From: a virus
Taxonomy: Duplodnaviria > Caudoviricetes
DNA: 53,951 nucleotides
Reading direction: 5' to 3' (one strand)
IMG/VR virus record: IMGVR_UViG_3300021339_000008
Span: 1 to 53,951 of that record
Below are positions 44,320 to 53,951 of the stretch, piece by piece. The position numbers and the translations under genes are program-made. The notes under the pieces are model-generated. The model searched no databases, was not told the origin of the DNA, and saw only the letters and a program-made list of their open reading frames with translations. Numbering within the stretch: position 1 is the first letter of the stretch; each line of letters starts with the position of its first letter.

Positions 44320-44789
44320 CCGCCGCCCTGTTCGACACCCCAGCCGCGCCAGCACCGCAACCCGAACCCCGCATCGAACACGTCCTCACCACGTTCGTCG
44401 CCGGGAAGCCCGCCCCCCAGGGCTCCAAGCGCTACCTCGGCGCCGGCCGGCCGATGATCGAGTCGTCCAAGGCTGTCGCCCCGTGGCGCGCCGACATCCG
44501 CACCCACCTGCTCATCGCCCACGACGGGCCGCCCCTCGCCGGCGCCGTGCACCTGGTGCTGGAGTTCGTGCTCCCGCGCCCGGCCAGCACGCCGAAGCGA
44601 CGCACGCCCGCCGCGGTGAAGCGCCCGGACCTCGACAAGCTGATCCGCGCGGTGCTCGACGCCGTCACGTCGGCCGGGGTGTGGCGCGACGACTCGCAGG
44701 TCGTGCAGCTCGACGTGCGGAAGCGGCTCGCCGAGGCGGACGAGACCACCGGCTGCCGCATCGTGATCGCCCAGGAGATCCCGTCGTGA
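44316..44789 (+). CDS. rusA: RusA-family Holliday junction resolvase
   Basis: PAPQGSK, PDLDKL.RAVLDA, WRDDSQV. Confidence 0.92.
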   Translation: MTAALFDTPAAPAPQPEPRIEHVLTTFVAGKPAPQGSKRYLGAGRPMIESSKAVAPWRADIRTHLLIAHDGPPLAGAVHLVLEFVLPRPASTPKRRTPAAVKRPDLDKLIRAVLDAVTSAGVWRDDSQVVQLDVRKRLAEADETTGCRIVIAQEIPS

Positions 44790-44989
44790 CCACCACGGCC
44801 CACGAGTTCACACCCGACCAGATCGAGGCCAGCATCGCGCGGGCCATCCACGACCGGGAGCTCGCCGTGGTGCCGAGCCTGATCCGCCTGCTCGCCGTGC
44901 AGGCGCCCGACCGCGCGCGGCTGATCATGGACACCATGAAGGTCGGCATCGCCATCAACCGGGCCATCAACCGGGAGCGGACACCGTGA
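44786..44989 (+). CDS. Hypothetical protein
   Basis: GTGA coupling, AGGAG RBS. Confidence 0.6.
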   Translation: MTTTAHEFTPDQIEASIARAIHDRELAVVPSLIRLLAVQAPDRARLIMDTMKVGIAINRAINRERTP

Positions 44990-45098
44990 GCAACGGCAGC
45001 CAGCTGGCCGAGTCCGGGCAGGCGTTCACCCGGGACCGCCACACCAACCACCGCATCCGCGCGTCGGCCACCCGGTACGTCCTACGGACGGCAGGGCC

Positions 45099-45647
45099 GT
45101 GACCGCGACAGACGGTGACCGTCCGGGCAGCGAGGTCCAGCCTCGCGACGGCAAAGGAAAGTGGATCAAGGGTCAGGACTCGACCGAGCGTGACACCGAG
45201 GCCGCCCGGCTGCGTGCCCGGTCGTGGACGTGGCAGCGGATCTCCGACCACCTGGGCTACGGCGACGAGGCCAACGTCCGCCGCGCGGTGAGGAAGCTCC
45301 GCGAGGGGATCGTCGAACCGGCCGTTGCCGAGTACCGGGCCGAGATCGTCGCCCAGCTCGAGGAGCTGATGGAGCGGGCGCAGCAGGTGTTGGACACGAC
45401 GCACTACGTGTTCCAGCAGGGCGCCGCTGTGCGGATGCCGGGCACTGTCGAGGATGGTGCGGACAAGGGTGACGGCAGTTTGGTGGAGGACACCGGGCCG
45501 ACGCTGCGGGCCATTGCCGAATTGCGCGCCTTGCTCGACAAGAAGGCCGATGTGGTGGGGGCGAAGGCGCCGGTGAAGGTGGACCAGATGACGAATGCAA
45601 CCGTTCGGTACGAGATCTCGGGAGTAGATATGGAGGCTTTGCGATGA
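45099..45647 (+). CDS. Putative terminase small subunit
   Basis: HTH (WTWQRISDHLGY) and RAI..L..L......G.KAP.K.D; upstream of terL. Confidence 0.65.
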   Translation: MTATDGDRPGSEVQPRDGKGKWIKGQDSTERDTEAARLRARSWTWQRISDHLGYGDEANVRRAVRKLREGIVEPAVAEYRAEIVAQLEELMERAQQVLDTTHYVFQQGAAVRMPGTVEDGADKGDGSLVEDTGPTLRAIAELRALLDKKADVVGAKAPVKVDQMTNATVRYEISGVDMEALR

Positions 45648-45994
45648 GCTGGCGCGCGTACGTCATCCCCGAGGTGATGGCCGACCGGGTGCGGCTCGGC
45701 CTGGTGCAGAACCGGTACTCCGACGGCAGGCACGTGGTGGTCGGCACGGACAACGACAACCCCGGTCGGCTGCTCTTCGAGCCGGTGGCCGACGAGGCGG
45801 CGGAGTTCGATCACTGGCGGCTGCCGGCGGTCCCGGTCGAGCTGGCGCGCGAGTTGCTGGACGCGCTGGCCGGGCACTTCGGCGGGACGTCGAACTCGGT
45901 GCAGCTGCGCCGCGACTACGACGCCGAACGCGGTCGCGTCGACCGGCTCATCGGCGCGATCATCGACCACCCCGTCAGGCAGGAGCACCGATGA
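45644..45994 (+). CDS. Hypothetical protein
   Basis: ATGA coupling; LRRDY.AERGRVDRLI. Confidence 0.65.
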   Translation: MSWRAYVIPEVMADRVRLGLVQNRYSDGRHVVVGTDNDNPGRLLFEPVADEAAEFDHWRLPAVPVELARELLDALAGHFGGTSNSVQLRRDYDAERGRVDRLIGAIIDHPVRQEHR

Positions 45995-46395
45995 ACGACC
46001 CGCTCGCCTCGATGACCCGCGCCCTGCAGGACATCGAGGCGGCAGCCCAGCCGATCGAGCCGCGCCTGACGGTCACGAAGCTGACGCAGTACGTGCCCAT
46101 CTCGACCGAGCTACTGCGCGAGCCGACCGACGCCGAGCGCGCCGAGTGGGCGGCGCAACATGCCGAGGACGCGCTCGACGCCTTGGCTCAGCGGGCGCTT
46201 TACGCCGTGGCGATCGGTAGTGCCACGAACGCCCTGTTGCGTGAGGTGCTGGAGTTGCACCGGCCGGTCGAGGACCACGGCCGCTGGGTGTGCACCGGCT
46301 GCGACTGGGACGGCGTCGACGGTGAGTCGGCGATGTGGCCGTGCCGCACCGCTCGGCTCGTCGGCCTGCCCACCACTGAACGGAGCGGCACGTGA
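45991..46395 (+). CDS. Hypothetical protein (LHRP..CxxC..WPCRT)
   Basis: ATGA coupling; common phage Zn-binding pattern. Confidence 0.65.
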   Translation: MNDPLASMTRALQDIEAAAQPIEPRLTVTKLTQYVPISTELLREPTDAERAEWAAQHAEDALDALAQRALYAVAIGSATNALLREVLELHRPVEDHGRWVCTGCDWDGVDGESAMWPCRTARLVGLPTTERSGT

Positions 46396-46724
46396 CCGAC
46401 CAGCCAGCCGCGGCCGTGGCCCACGTGGTCGTCGGGTTCGCCTCCGACGTGCAGCCAGAGACGGGCCTGTTCGGCACGCCCGTGCGGATGATCCCGATGC
46501 CGGACCTGCCGGGCTGCGAGCAGGTGTTCCTGACCCTGGCCGTCGCACGGGAGGTGTTCGACGAGGTGGATCGGACGTGGTTCGCCGCCCACCTCGGCAG
46601 CAAGATCGCCGACAAGGTCCGCGAGCTGATCACGCGCGGACCCACCTCGACGGTGGCGGTCACCGAGTGGCCCGACGACCTCCCCGAGGCGGAGATCGCC
46701 GTCACCGACGGGAGCACGACGTGA
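46392..46724 (+). CDS. Hypothetical protein
   Basis: GTGA coupling. Confidence 0.6.
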   Translation: MTDQPAAAVAHVVVGFASDVQPETGLFGTPVRMIPMPDLPGCEQVFLTLAVAREVFDEVDRTWFAAHLGSKIADKVRELITRGPTSTVAVTEWPDDLPEAEIAVTDGSTT

Positions 46725-47287
46725 GCCGCCTCATTCGTGGTGCCGAAACGAGAACCACCTCCGGATCAACCCTGGTCAACACGGTTGACCGTCTCCGGTG
46801 GCGGCTGAGCCGCGCGTGGTTCGGCTGCCCGCTGTGCCGCCGCCGGTTCGGCGACCACACCGAGTGCAGCCAGGCTGTCGATCAGGCGCTGGAGGCCGCG
46901 CTCGACGTCGCCAACCGCCTCGACCGCATCGAAGTGACCGTGCTCCCGGCCGAGGACTTCCTCGACGACATGCCCCCGCTCGTGCGGGTCACCGGCGTGC
47001 TCGACGGGACGCCGTTCAGCACCACCATGCTCGCCGCCACCTGGAGCGACGAGCACCCGCACGGCGGGCCGCGCCTCCGCCTGCTGGAGCGGCTCACCGC
47101 CGAGGCCGAGATCGAGCGGCGGTTCATCGGCGTCCTCGACGGGTGGCGGCCGACCGGCATCCTCACCGGTGGCAACTGGGACGGCGACGTTGCCGCGTTC
47201 CGACGGTCCGAGATCGACGCCCCGAGCCGGCCGCCGCTCACCGTCGACGAGGTGCCAGACACAGCGGCCAACGGCCCACCCGGCTGA
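46721..47287 (+). CDS. Hypothetical protein
   Basis: GTGA coupling; CPLC..H..C. Confidence 0.55.
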   Translation: MSRLIRGAETRTTSGSTLVNTVDRLRWRLSRAWFGCPLCRRRFGDHTECSQAVDQALEAALDVANRLDRIEVTVLPAEDFLDDMPPLVRVTGVLDGTPFSTTMLAATWSDEHPHGGPRLRLLERLTAEAEIERRFIGVLDGWRPTGILTGGNWDGDVAAFRRSEIDAPSRPPLTVDEVPDTAANGPPG

Positions 47288-47289
47288 CC

Positions 47290-48714
47290 ATGACCGCCAC
47301 CATCGTCGAGCACGTCTACCGGCCACGCGGCTCGGCCATCGAGCTGATGGAGTGCCGCGACGGACAGGTCCTCGTCCGCGGCCCAGCCGGCACCGGCAAG
47401 TCCCGCGCCTGCTTGGAGAAGATCCACCTGCTGTGCCTGCTCCACCCCGGCATGCGCGGACTCATGGTGCGCAAGACGAACGTGTCGCTGACGTCGACGG
47501 CGCTGGTCACCTACCGCGAGCACGTCGCCAAGGAGGCGCTCGACGCGGGCATCGTCTGGTTCTACGGCGGCAGCAAGAGCGAGGCCGCGCAGTACCGGTT
47601 CACCAACGGCTCGACCATCACCGTCGGCGGCCTCGACAACCCAGCCGCCTCCATGAAGATCATGTCCAGCGAGTACGACATCGTCTACGCGCAAGAGGCA
47701 ACCGAACTCACCGAGGACGACTGGGAGAAGATCACCACCAGGCTGCGGAACAACCGCATCCCCTTCCAGCAGGTCATCGCCGACTGCAACCCCGACATGC
47801 CCACCCACTGGTTGAACGTGCGCTGCGACCGCCGGCAGACCACCGGCCTGGAGTCCCGCCACTGGGAGAACCCACGCCTCTACGACGAACACATCAACCC
47901 CGACAGCGCCGCCAAGACGTACACCCTCACCGACGGTGGCAGGCAGTACATGGCCATCCTCGACGCCCTCACCGGCGTCCGCCGCGCCCGACTCCGCGAC
48001 GGCCTGTGGGTGGCCGCCGAAGGCATGATCTACGCCGGTGAGTGGGACCCCGCGATCCACCACATCCCGCGGTTCCCCATCCCCGACGACTGGCCCCGCT
48101 ACTGGGTGGTCGACTTCGGGTACAACCACCCGTTCGTCTGCCAACGCTGGGCCGAAGACCCCGACGGCCGGCTGTTCATGTACGGCGAGCGGTACCGCAC
48201 CGGGCAGACCGTCGACGTGCACGCGGTCGGGATCATGGCCGCCGTCTCGAAGGCCGACCCGGACTACGTGCATCCCGAGGGCGACGAGCGCTTCGCGCAC
48301 CACGGCCGGATCTGGACGGAGCCGCGGCCGCGGGCGTTGATCTGCGACCACGACGCCGAGAACCGCGCGCAGCTGTGCAGGCAGCTCGGCATGACCACCA
48401 AGGCGGCGCACAAGAAGGTGCTGGCCGGGATCCAGGCGGTGCAGCAGCGGCTGAAGCCGGCCGGCGACGGTCGGCCGCGGCTGGCGCTGCTGCGCGACTC
48501 GCTGGATCACGCGCCGGACGCGGCGCAGGCCGCGGCGAAGCTGCCGACGTCCACGGCCGAGGAGCTGCCGGGCTACGTGTGGGCGATCAAGCCGGGCGGC
48601 ACGCTCAAGGAAGAGCCGCACAAAGAGGGCGACGACGGCTGTGACGGCGCGCGCTACATGGTCGCGTACAAGGACCTGAAGGGCCGTCCGCGGGGCGACC
48701 GCTACCTGGGGTAG
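47290..48714 (+). CDS. terL: Terminase large subunit (PBSX-like)
   Basis: GPAGTGKS Walker A, YAQEATE, DCNP, VDFGYNHP, DDGCDGARY. Confidence 0.93.
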   Translation: MTATIVEHVYRPRGSAIELMECRDGQVLVRGPAGTGKSRACLEKIHLLCLLHPGMRGLMVRKTNVSLTSTALVTYREHVAKEALDAGIVWFYGGSKSEAAQYRFTNGSTITVGGLDNPAASMKIMSSEYDIVYAQEATELTEDDWEKITTRLRNNRIPFQQVIADCNPDMPTHWLNVRCDRRQTTGLESRHWENPRLYDEHINPDSAAKTYTLTDGGRQYMAILDALTGVRRARLRDGLWVAAEGMIYAGEWDPAIHHIPRFPIPDDWPRYWVVDFGYNHPFVCQRWAEDPDGRLFMYGERYRTGQTVDVHAVGIMAAVSKADPDYVHPEGDERFAHHGRIWTEPRPRALICDHDAENRAQLCRQLGMTTKAAHKKVLAGIQAVQQRLKPAGDGRPRLALLRDSLDHAPDAAQAAAKLPTSTAEELPGYVWAIKPGGTLKEEPHKEGDDGCDGARYMVAYKDLKGRPRGDRYLG

Positions 48715-48839
48715 ACCGCCCCCCTGAACGCCCCGAAACCGCAAGATCTTCTGCTCAAGGTGCGATCTAGCACGCCACGCGGGAGAATCTTCGGCAGCGC
48801 TGTTCGATAATCGGACACTTCTGTGCGACCATCGGCCAC

Positions 48840-49052
48840 GTGACGGGCCGCGGTGTCTCCCTGCTCGGCCTCCTCCTGGGCAAGATCGCCAACCTCCCGG
48901 CCGTCAGCCTGCTGCTGTGCATCGCCGGCCTCGTCTTCCTCAGCGTCGCCGCGTTCACCTGGAACCTCACCGCCGGCTTCGCCTCGATCGGCGGTGGGCT
49001 GCTGCTCCTTGAGGTGCGCGTCAGCGCCAGCACCACCGCGGCCGCGCCATGA
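48840..49052 (+). CDS. Small membrane protein preceding the portal
   Basis: Two hydrophobic segments; ATGA coupling to the portal. Confidence 0.6.
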   Translation: MTGRGVSLLGLLLGKIANLPAVSLLLCIAGLVFLSVAAFTWNLTAGFASIGGGLLLLEVRVSASTTAAAP

Positions 49053-51256
49053 CGTCGTTGCTCGGCGCCCTCGCCACCGCCGCCCGCCCAGCCACCACGC
49101 AGCCGCGCAACGCCTCCCCTGTGCCGCTCACGACCAGCTTCGCCGGCGGGTTCGGCCGCATGATGGGCAGCGCCGGCACCGAGTCCCAGCTCCGCGCCAT
49201 GGGCGGCGTCGGCACCCTCTACTCCGTCGTCAACAAGATCACCACCGCGACGGCCGCAGTGGACTGGCACCTCTACCGCGAGGCCAAGTCCGGCCTCGAG
49301 GAGGACCGCGAAGAGGTCACGTCGCACGCGTGCATCGACCTGGTCCAGCGGCCCAACCCACACCAGACCCGCAGCGAACTCATGGAGGCCAGCGGCCAGC
49401 ACTTCGAGCTGACCGGCGAGGCCCCGATCGTCATCAGCCGTCACGAACGGTTCCGGGCGCTGCCGCTGGAGCTGTGGTCGGTGCGGCCCGACCGGATCGA
49501 GCCGGTGCCCCACCCGTATGAGTTCATCTCCAAGTACCTGTACCGCACCCCGGACGGGCAGCAGCTGGAGCTGGAGCTCGACGAGGTGCTGCGGCTGATG
49601 ACGCCGTGCCCGTGGGACCCGTACCGGGGTCTCGGGGTGGTGCAGACCATCCTCGTCGAGCTCGACTCGGCGCGCGCGTCGGCCGAGTGGAACCGCAACT
49701 TCTTCATCAACTCGGCCGAGCCGGGCGGCGTCATCGAGTACAGCGAGGTCCTCGAGGACCCCGACTTCGAACGAGCCCGGAAGCACTGGGCCGACCAGCA
49801 CAAGGGCGTCCGCAACGCGCACCGTGTCGCCATCATCGAGGGCGGCAAGTGGGTCGACCGCAAGTACACGCGCCGCGACATGCAGTTCGTCGAACTCCGC
49901 GCGGCCAGCCGCGACACCATTCTCGAAGGCTGGGGCCTGCACAAGGCCAGCCTCGGCATCACCGACGACGTCAACCGGGCCGCGTCGCTGTCTGCGAAGG
50001 CACTGTTCGCCGAGGACATCCTGGTGCCGCGACTGAAGCGGTGGCGCGGCCTGTTCAACCGGTTGCTTGCCATGTACGGCGACACCGCCCGTGGCCTCAC
50101 CTGGGACTACGAGAACCCGATCCCGCCCGATGCCGAAGCGGTCGACCGGGAGCGGGATAGCAAGACCAAGGCGTGGGCCTCGCTGTGTGCCGCCGGCGCC
50201 GACCCGGACGAGGCCGCCGATGCCGTCGGGCTGCCCCGCGGCCTCGTGAAGATCACCGGCCCGGAGGCCACGCCGACCGAGGGCGATGGCCCGGCGGCCC
50301 GGCAGCTGAGCCTGGTCGAGCAGGTGCAGAAGGTGTACCTCGGCGTCGGCACCGTCCTCACGTGGCAGGAAGCCCGGCAGATCCTCAACGACGGCGGCGC
50401 CAACCTCGACCTCACCCTGCCCCCACCCGCCGCGGCTGCCCCGCCACTGGCAGCGCCGGCCGCGCGGATGCCCCGGGCATGGCCCCGCGCGGCGGCCGAC
50501 CCACCCGACGACCCGGACGCCGTCGACGAGATCGATCTGTCCCCGGTGCAGGCCGCGTGGGAAGCCGCTGTTGCCGCCCTGCTGGCGTCGTTCGTCGGTG
50601 GCGCGCTCGTGGACTGGATCGACGCCCTGGTCGACCAGGTGCGGGACTGGGTCCGCAGCGGCGGTCGACTGGCCGACCTCCAGGTCGATCCGGACGACGC
50701 GGTCGACCTCGTCACCGACGCCCTCGCCGACCTCGCGGACATCGCCGCCGGGCACGTGGTCGCCGAGGCCGCCGACCAGGACGTCGACCTCGACCCGGCC
50801 ACCCCGACCCGGGCCGTGCTGAAGGAGCAGGCGCTCACGACGGTCGAACTGCTCGGCCAGGTGTACGAGCTGTCCGCCGCCCGCGAGGCCCAGCGGGTGG
50901 CCGGCCCGGACCCGGACGCCGACGAGCTCGCGGACTTGGTGCGCACCCACCTCGAGGCGCTCACCACCGCCCAGCCCGAACAGCAGCTCGGTGCCGCCCT
51001 CACGTCGGCCCAGAACCAGGCGCGCGCGGCGACCCTCACCACCGGGCCGGTCGGTGCCATCTACGCCAGCGAGCAGATGGACCTTCGGACCTGCGGCCCG
51101 TGCCGGGAGATCCACGGCCGGTGGATCACCAACACCGACGACCTCGGGCCGCTGTGGCGGCTGTACCCCGGCGCCGGCTACGTCGACTGCAAAGGCCGCA
51201 GCTACTGCCGCGGCACGTTCGTCGGCGTGTGGCGCGAAGGAAAGGACGCCGCATGA
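49049..51256 (+). CDS. HK97-family portal fused to a MuF-like head morphogenesis domain
   Basis: RPNP, LTGEA, ELWSVRPDR, NFF.NSAEPGG, DMQF.E; C-terminal D.RTC.PC..G...C.G...CRG. Confidence 0.88.
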   Translation: MTSLLGALATAARPATTQPRNASPVPLTTSFAGGFGRMMGSAGTESQLRAMGGVGTLYSVVNKITTATAAVDWHLYREAKSGLEEDREEVTSHACIDLVQRPNPHQTRSELMEASGQHFELTGEAPIVISRHERFRALPLELWSVRPDRIEPVPHPYEFISKYLYRTPDGQQLELELDEVLRLMTPCPWDPYRGLGVVQTILVELDSARASAEWNRNFFINSAEPGGVIEYSEVLEDPDFERARKHWADQHKGVRNAHRVAIIEGGKWVDRKYTRRDMQFVELRAASRDTILEGWGLHKASLGITDDVNRAASLSAKALFAEDILVPRLKRWRGLFNRLLAMYGDTARGLTWDYENPIPPDAEAVDRERDSKTKAWASLCAAGADPDEAADAVGLPRGLVKITGPEATPTEGDGPAARQLSLVEQVQKVYLGVGTVLTWQEARQILNDGGANLDLTLPPPAAAAPPLAAPAARMPRAWPRAAADPPDDPDAVDEIDLSPVQAAWEAAVAALLASFVGGALVDWIDALVDQVRDWVRSGGRLADLQVDPDDAVDLVTDALADLADIAAGHVVAEAADQDVDLDPATPTRAVLKEQALTTVELLGQVYELSAAREAQRVAGPDPDADELADLVRTHLEALTTAQPEQQLGAALTSAQNQARAATLTTGPVGAIYASEQMDLRTCGPCREIHGRWITNTDDLGPLWRLYPGAGYVDCKGRSYCRGTFVGVWREGKDAA

Positions 51257-51552
51257 CCGACGAGCGGATTGCGCTGACCACCCTCACCGGGGTGGCGGCC
51301 CAGCCCGGCGACGTGCTGGTGATCACCACAGCCGACTACCTCGACCGACAGGACGCCGACCGACTTCGAGCCGAGCTGGAGGCGCGGTTGCCGGGCATCC
51401 GCGCGGTGTTCCTCGACGGCGTCACGTCGGTAACCGTGTGCCGGCCGAAGCGCGCCACCGGCGGTGTGCTCTCCCGTGACGACGTCGCCACGCGGGTCAA
51501 CGAGTACGCGCTGGTCGAGCCGCCCACCAATGGTGCTGGTGGTCAGCGATGA
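51253..51552 (+). CDS. Hypothetical protein
   Basis: ATGA coupling; QPGDVLV; RATGGV. Confidence 0.6.
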   Translation: MTDERIALTTLTGVAAQPGDVLVITTADYLDRQDADRLRAELEARLPGIRAVFLDGVTSVTVCRPKRATGGVLSRDDVATRVNEYALVEPPTNGAGGQR

Positions 51553-51797
51553 ACCGGCCCGTGACCCCGCCCGAGGACGGTGACGGCCCGCCCGCCTCGG
51601 GTTACGGCGGCGCCATCGTCCGCCGCCCCGGTCACCCCACCGTCCGGTCCAAGCCGGTCTGCCTGCCGGGCGCCACCGAGAGCGTCACCCCGTGCTGGCC
51701 CGGCGAGGCCGGACCCGAGCTGTTCACCACCTGCTCGGTCGACGACTGCGACCGCCCCGCCGTGCCGCCGGGCGACACGTGCGGAGGACACCCGTGA
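51549..51797 (+). CDS. Hypothetical protein (GEAGPELF motif, C-terminal Cys/His cluster)
   Basis: ATGA/GTGA coupling. Confidence 0.5.
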   Translation: MNRPVTPPEDGDGPPASGYGGAIVRRPGHPTVRSKPVCLPGATESVTPCWPGEAGPELFTTCSVDDCDRPAVPPGDTCGGHP

Positions 51798-52768
51798 ACC
51801 GGCCACCCGTACCCGCCATCGACCGCGCCCTCATGGCGTCGGTGTGGCAGCACCTGCGCAACCGCGACCAGCGACCCAAGGCCGACCTCCCCGAAGGCCG
51901 CGGGCAGCTCCGCGTCACCGACGAAGCCGGTGTCGTCGAGATCTACCTGTACGACGAGATCGGCTACTGGGGCGTCACCGCCACCGACTTCGTCCAGACC
52001 CTCCTCAGCATCCAGGCCGTCAAGATCGTCCTGCACATCAACTCGCCGGGTGGCGAGGTCTGGGACGGGCTCGCGATCTACAACGCCCTGTGCGACCACC
52101 CCGCAGCGATCGAGGTCAAGGTCGACGGCATCGCGGCCAGCGCCGCGTCGTTCATCGCCCAGTGCGGCGACACCGTCGCGATGAACCGCGGCGCCTCGAT
52201 GATGATCCACGATGCGTCCGGGTACTGCTTCGGCAACGCCGCCGCCATGGCTGAGATGCAGCAGTTGCTCGACCAGACCAGCGACACCATCGCCGGCATC
52301 TACGCCGCCCGCGCCGGCGGCACCGTCGAGGCCTGGCGTGAGGCCATGCGCATCGAGTCGTGGTACTCCGCCACCGAGGCCGTCGCGGCCGGGCTGGCCG
52401 ATACCGCGGTGCCGGAGAAGACCACCGCGCCGGCCGGTGCGCCGGCGGCCCGGTTCGACCTCGCCCTGACCAGCTTCCACTTCGCCGGCCGGGCCCAGGC
52501 GCCGCGGCCGCCGATGCCCGGCCGCGCACCGGCCAACCAGCTACCCGTTGCGCCCACCGAGGACGGCCCCGGGCCGGCGGCTGGCGCCGAGCCCATCGCC
52601 ATCCCAGACCCGACGCCGGTAGCACCGGCACCCGCAGACCCGACCCCGGAACCCACCCCGCCCGCCGCTGACGCAGGCGACAGCGACCACGAATTCCAGG
52701 TCGACGCGTTCCGCGCGGCCCTCAGCACCGCGTTCGCACTCACCACCCAGAAGGAGGCGGCACTGTGA
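51794..52768 (+). CDS. ClpP-like head maturation protease
   Basis: INSPGG, DGIAASAAS, MMIHD, ESWY.A.EAV.AGLAD; Pro-rich tail. Confidence 0.92.
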   Translation: MNRPPVPAIDRALMASVWQHLRNRDQRPKADLPEGRGQLRVTDEAGVVEIYLYDEIGYWGVTATDFVQTLLSIQAVKIVLHINSPGGEVWDGLAIYNALCDHPAAIEVKVDGIAASAASFIAQCGDTVAMNRGASMMIHDASGYCFGNAAAMAEMQQLLDQTSDTIAGIYAARAGGTVEAWREAMRIESWYSATEAVAAGLADTAVPEKTTAPAGAPAARFDLALTSFHFAGRAQAPRPPMPGRAPANQLPVAPTEDGPGPAAGAEPIAIPDPTPVAPAPADPTPEPTPPAADAGDSDHEFQVDAFRAALSTAFALTTQKEAAL

Positions 52769-53951
52769 CCGCAACCGATGTCATCCCGACCAGTGCCGCC
52801 GAGCTCGAGGAGATGCTCCTCGACAAGGACCGGATGAAGCCCATCGCCAAGGACCCGGCGCTCTACACCGAGTTCATCAAGGCGTACGCCAACGCGCAGC
52901 AGTCCCTGTCCGCGCTCGCGCAGGCGAAGGCCGACTTCCAGCGGTTCCAGGCCGAGTGGCTCCGTGAGCACGGCCAGACCGACGAGGTGAAGCGCCTCAA
53001 CCTGGCCGCCACCGTCGACCGTGCCGCCGGGCGGGGCAAGAGCTACGACCCCGACGCCCCGGGTGCCGCGATCGACGGCAAGTTCAAAAACCTCGGCGAT
53101 CTCGCCGCGTCGCTGTACCGGGAGCGCAACGGCGTCACCGAGGCGCAGCAGCGCCTCGGCCAGCTCCGCAACGACTTCTCCTCCGCCGTCCCGTCGGACG
53201 GCGGGTTCCTCGTGCCGGAAGAGTTCCGGGCCCAGCTCATGGAGATGGCGCTGGAGACGGCGCTCGTGCGGCCCCGCGCGCAGGTCATTCCGATGGCGGT
53301 GCCGCGGGTGAAGCTGCCGTTCGTCGACGCCACGAGCAACGCGTCGTCGGTGTTCGGCGGGTTCGTCGGTTACTGGACGGAGGAGGCGGCCGAGCTCGTC
53401 GCGTCGTCGATGAAGTTCGGGTCGATCACCCTCGACGCGAACAAGATCACCCTGTACACCGAGGTGCCGAACGAGCTGCTGCGCGACTCGCCGATCTCGG
53501 TCGACGCGATGCTGCGCAAGAACATGCCCGGTGCGTTGGCCTGGTTCGAGGACGTGGCGTTCACCCGCGGCACCGGCGTCGGTGAGCCCCTCGGGTTCCT
53601 CCACGCCGGCAACACCGCCCGGGTGACGGTGGCCAAGGAGACCGGGCAGGCGGCGAACACCATCGTGTTCGAGAACGTCGTGAAGATGTTCGCCCGGATG
53701 CTGCCGTCGTCGCTGTCCCGCGCGGTGTGGATCGCCAACATCAACACGATCCCGGAGCTGGCCACCATGGCTCTGTCCGTGGGCACCGGCGGCGGCCCGA
53801 TCTGGGTGCAGAACGGCGCCGACGGCCTGCCGCTGACGCTGATGGGCCGTCCGATCGTGTTCACCGAGAAGGCGGACACGCTCGGCACCGGCGGCGACCT
53901 GAACTTCGTCGACCTCGGCTACTACCTGATCGGCGACCGGCAGCAGATCGA
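52765..53951 (+). CDS. HK97-family major capsid protein (continues at 136..292; about 447 aa in total)
   Basis: AAGGAGG RBS, GTGA coupling; SDGGFLVPEE, YWTEE, PNELLRDS, GTGVGEPLG. Confidence 0.93.
   Translation, partial: MTATDVIPTSAAELEEMLLDKDRMKPIAKDPALYTEFIKAYANAQQSLSALAQAKADFQRFQAEWLREHGQTDEVKRLNLAATVDRAAGRGKSYDPDAPGAAIDGKFKNLGDLAASLYRERNGVTEAQQRLGQLRNDFSSAVPSDGGFLVPEEFRAQLMEMALETALVRPRAQVIPMAVPRVKLPFVDATSNASSVFGGFVGYWTEEAAELVASSMKFGSITLDANKITLYTEVPNELLRDSPISVDAMLRKNMPGALAWFEDVAFTRGTGVGEPLGFLHAGNTARVTVAKETGQAANTIVFENVVKMFARMLPSSLSRAVWIANINTIPELATMALSVGTGGGPIWVQNGADGLPLTLMGRPIVFTEKADTLGTGGDLNFVDLGYYLIGDRQQI
53826..53951 (+). repeat. 126-bp terminal direct repeat, copy 2
   Basis: Identical to 10..135. 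Confidence 0.95.

Larger units (their letters stand above)
1..53951. mobile_element. Complete temperate actinobacteriophage (siphovirus) genome, circularly permuted
   Basis: Full set of packaging, head, tail, lysis, integration/immunity and replication modules; window ends overlap inside the capsid gene. Confidence 0.95.

Noticed and set aside
42103-51115. Long antisense ORFs (e.g. 42103..43857, 46882..48744, 48767..51115)
   Set aside because: These are typical stop-poor shadow frames opposite well-supported high-GC genes
1-53951. CRISPR array, tRNA genes, reverse transcriptase/DGR, transposase
   Set aside because: None recognised by eye; tRNAscan and repeat finders were not run

Overview
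The window is an essentially complete, circularly permuted genome of a high-GC temperate actinobacterial siphophage. Positions 10..135 are repeated at 53826..53951, giving a circle of about 53,816 bp that is cut inside the HK97-type major capsid gene. Gene order: head-tail and tail genes (382-13319); SGNH hydrolase and lysis cassette (13340-16711); a mostly leftward accessory block with an autoregulated HTH cassette and a nucleotidyltransferase (16803-21384); XerC-like integrase, repressor and Cro switch (21497-23349); early genes including two LuxR-HTH proteins, a RecE/RecT-like pair, DUF4031, DUF5131, a C5 methyltransferase and a helicase-methyltransferase fusion (23556-39039); replication genes (iteron-bearing initiator, DnaB, RusA); then terminase, portal-MuF fusion, Clp-type protease and capsid. 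The most notable signals are: (1) a receiver-less BldM-like DNA-binding protein next to a second LuxR-HTH gene, plus a perfect BldM-type box in the phage's own DNA, suggesting coupling to host sporulation; (2) a dif-like recombination core inside the repressor ORF, suggesting integration-dependent immunity at a dif-like site; (3) a DUF4082-PKD module fused to the tail terminator; (4) a tape-measure GE.GPE motif reused in unrelated genes. All family assignments come from motif recognition by eye; no searches were run.
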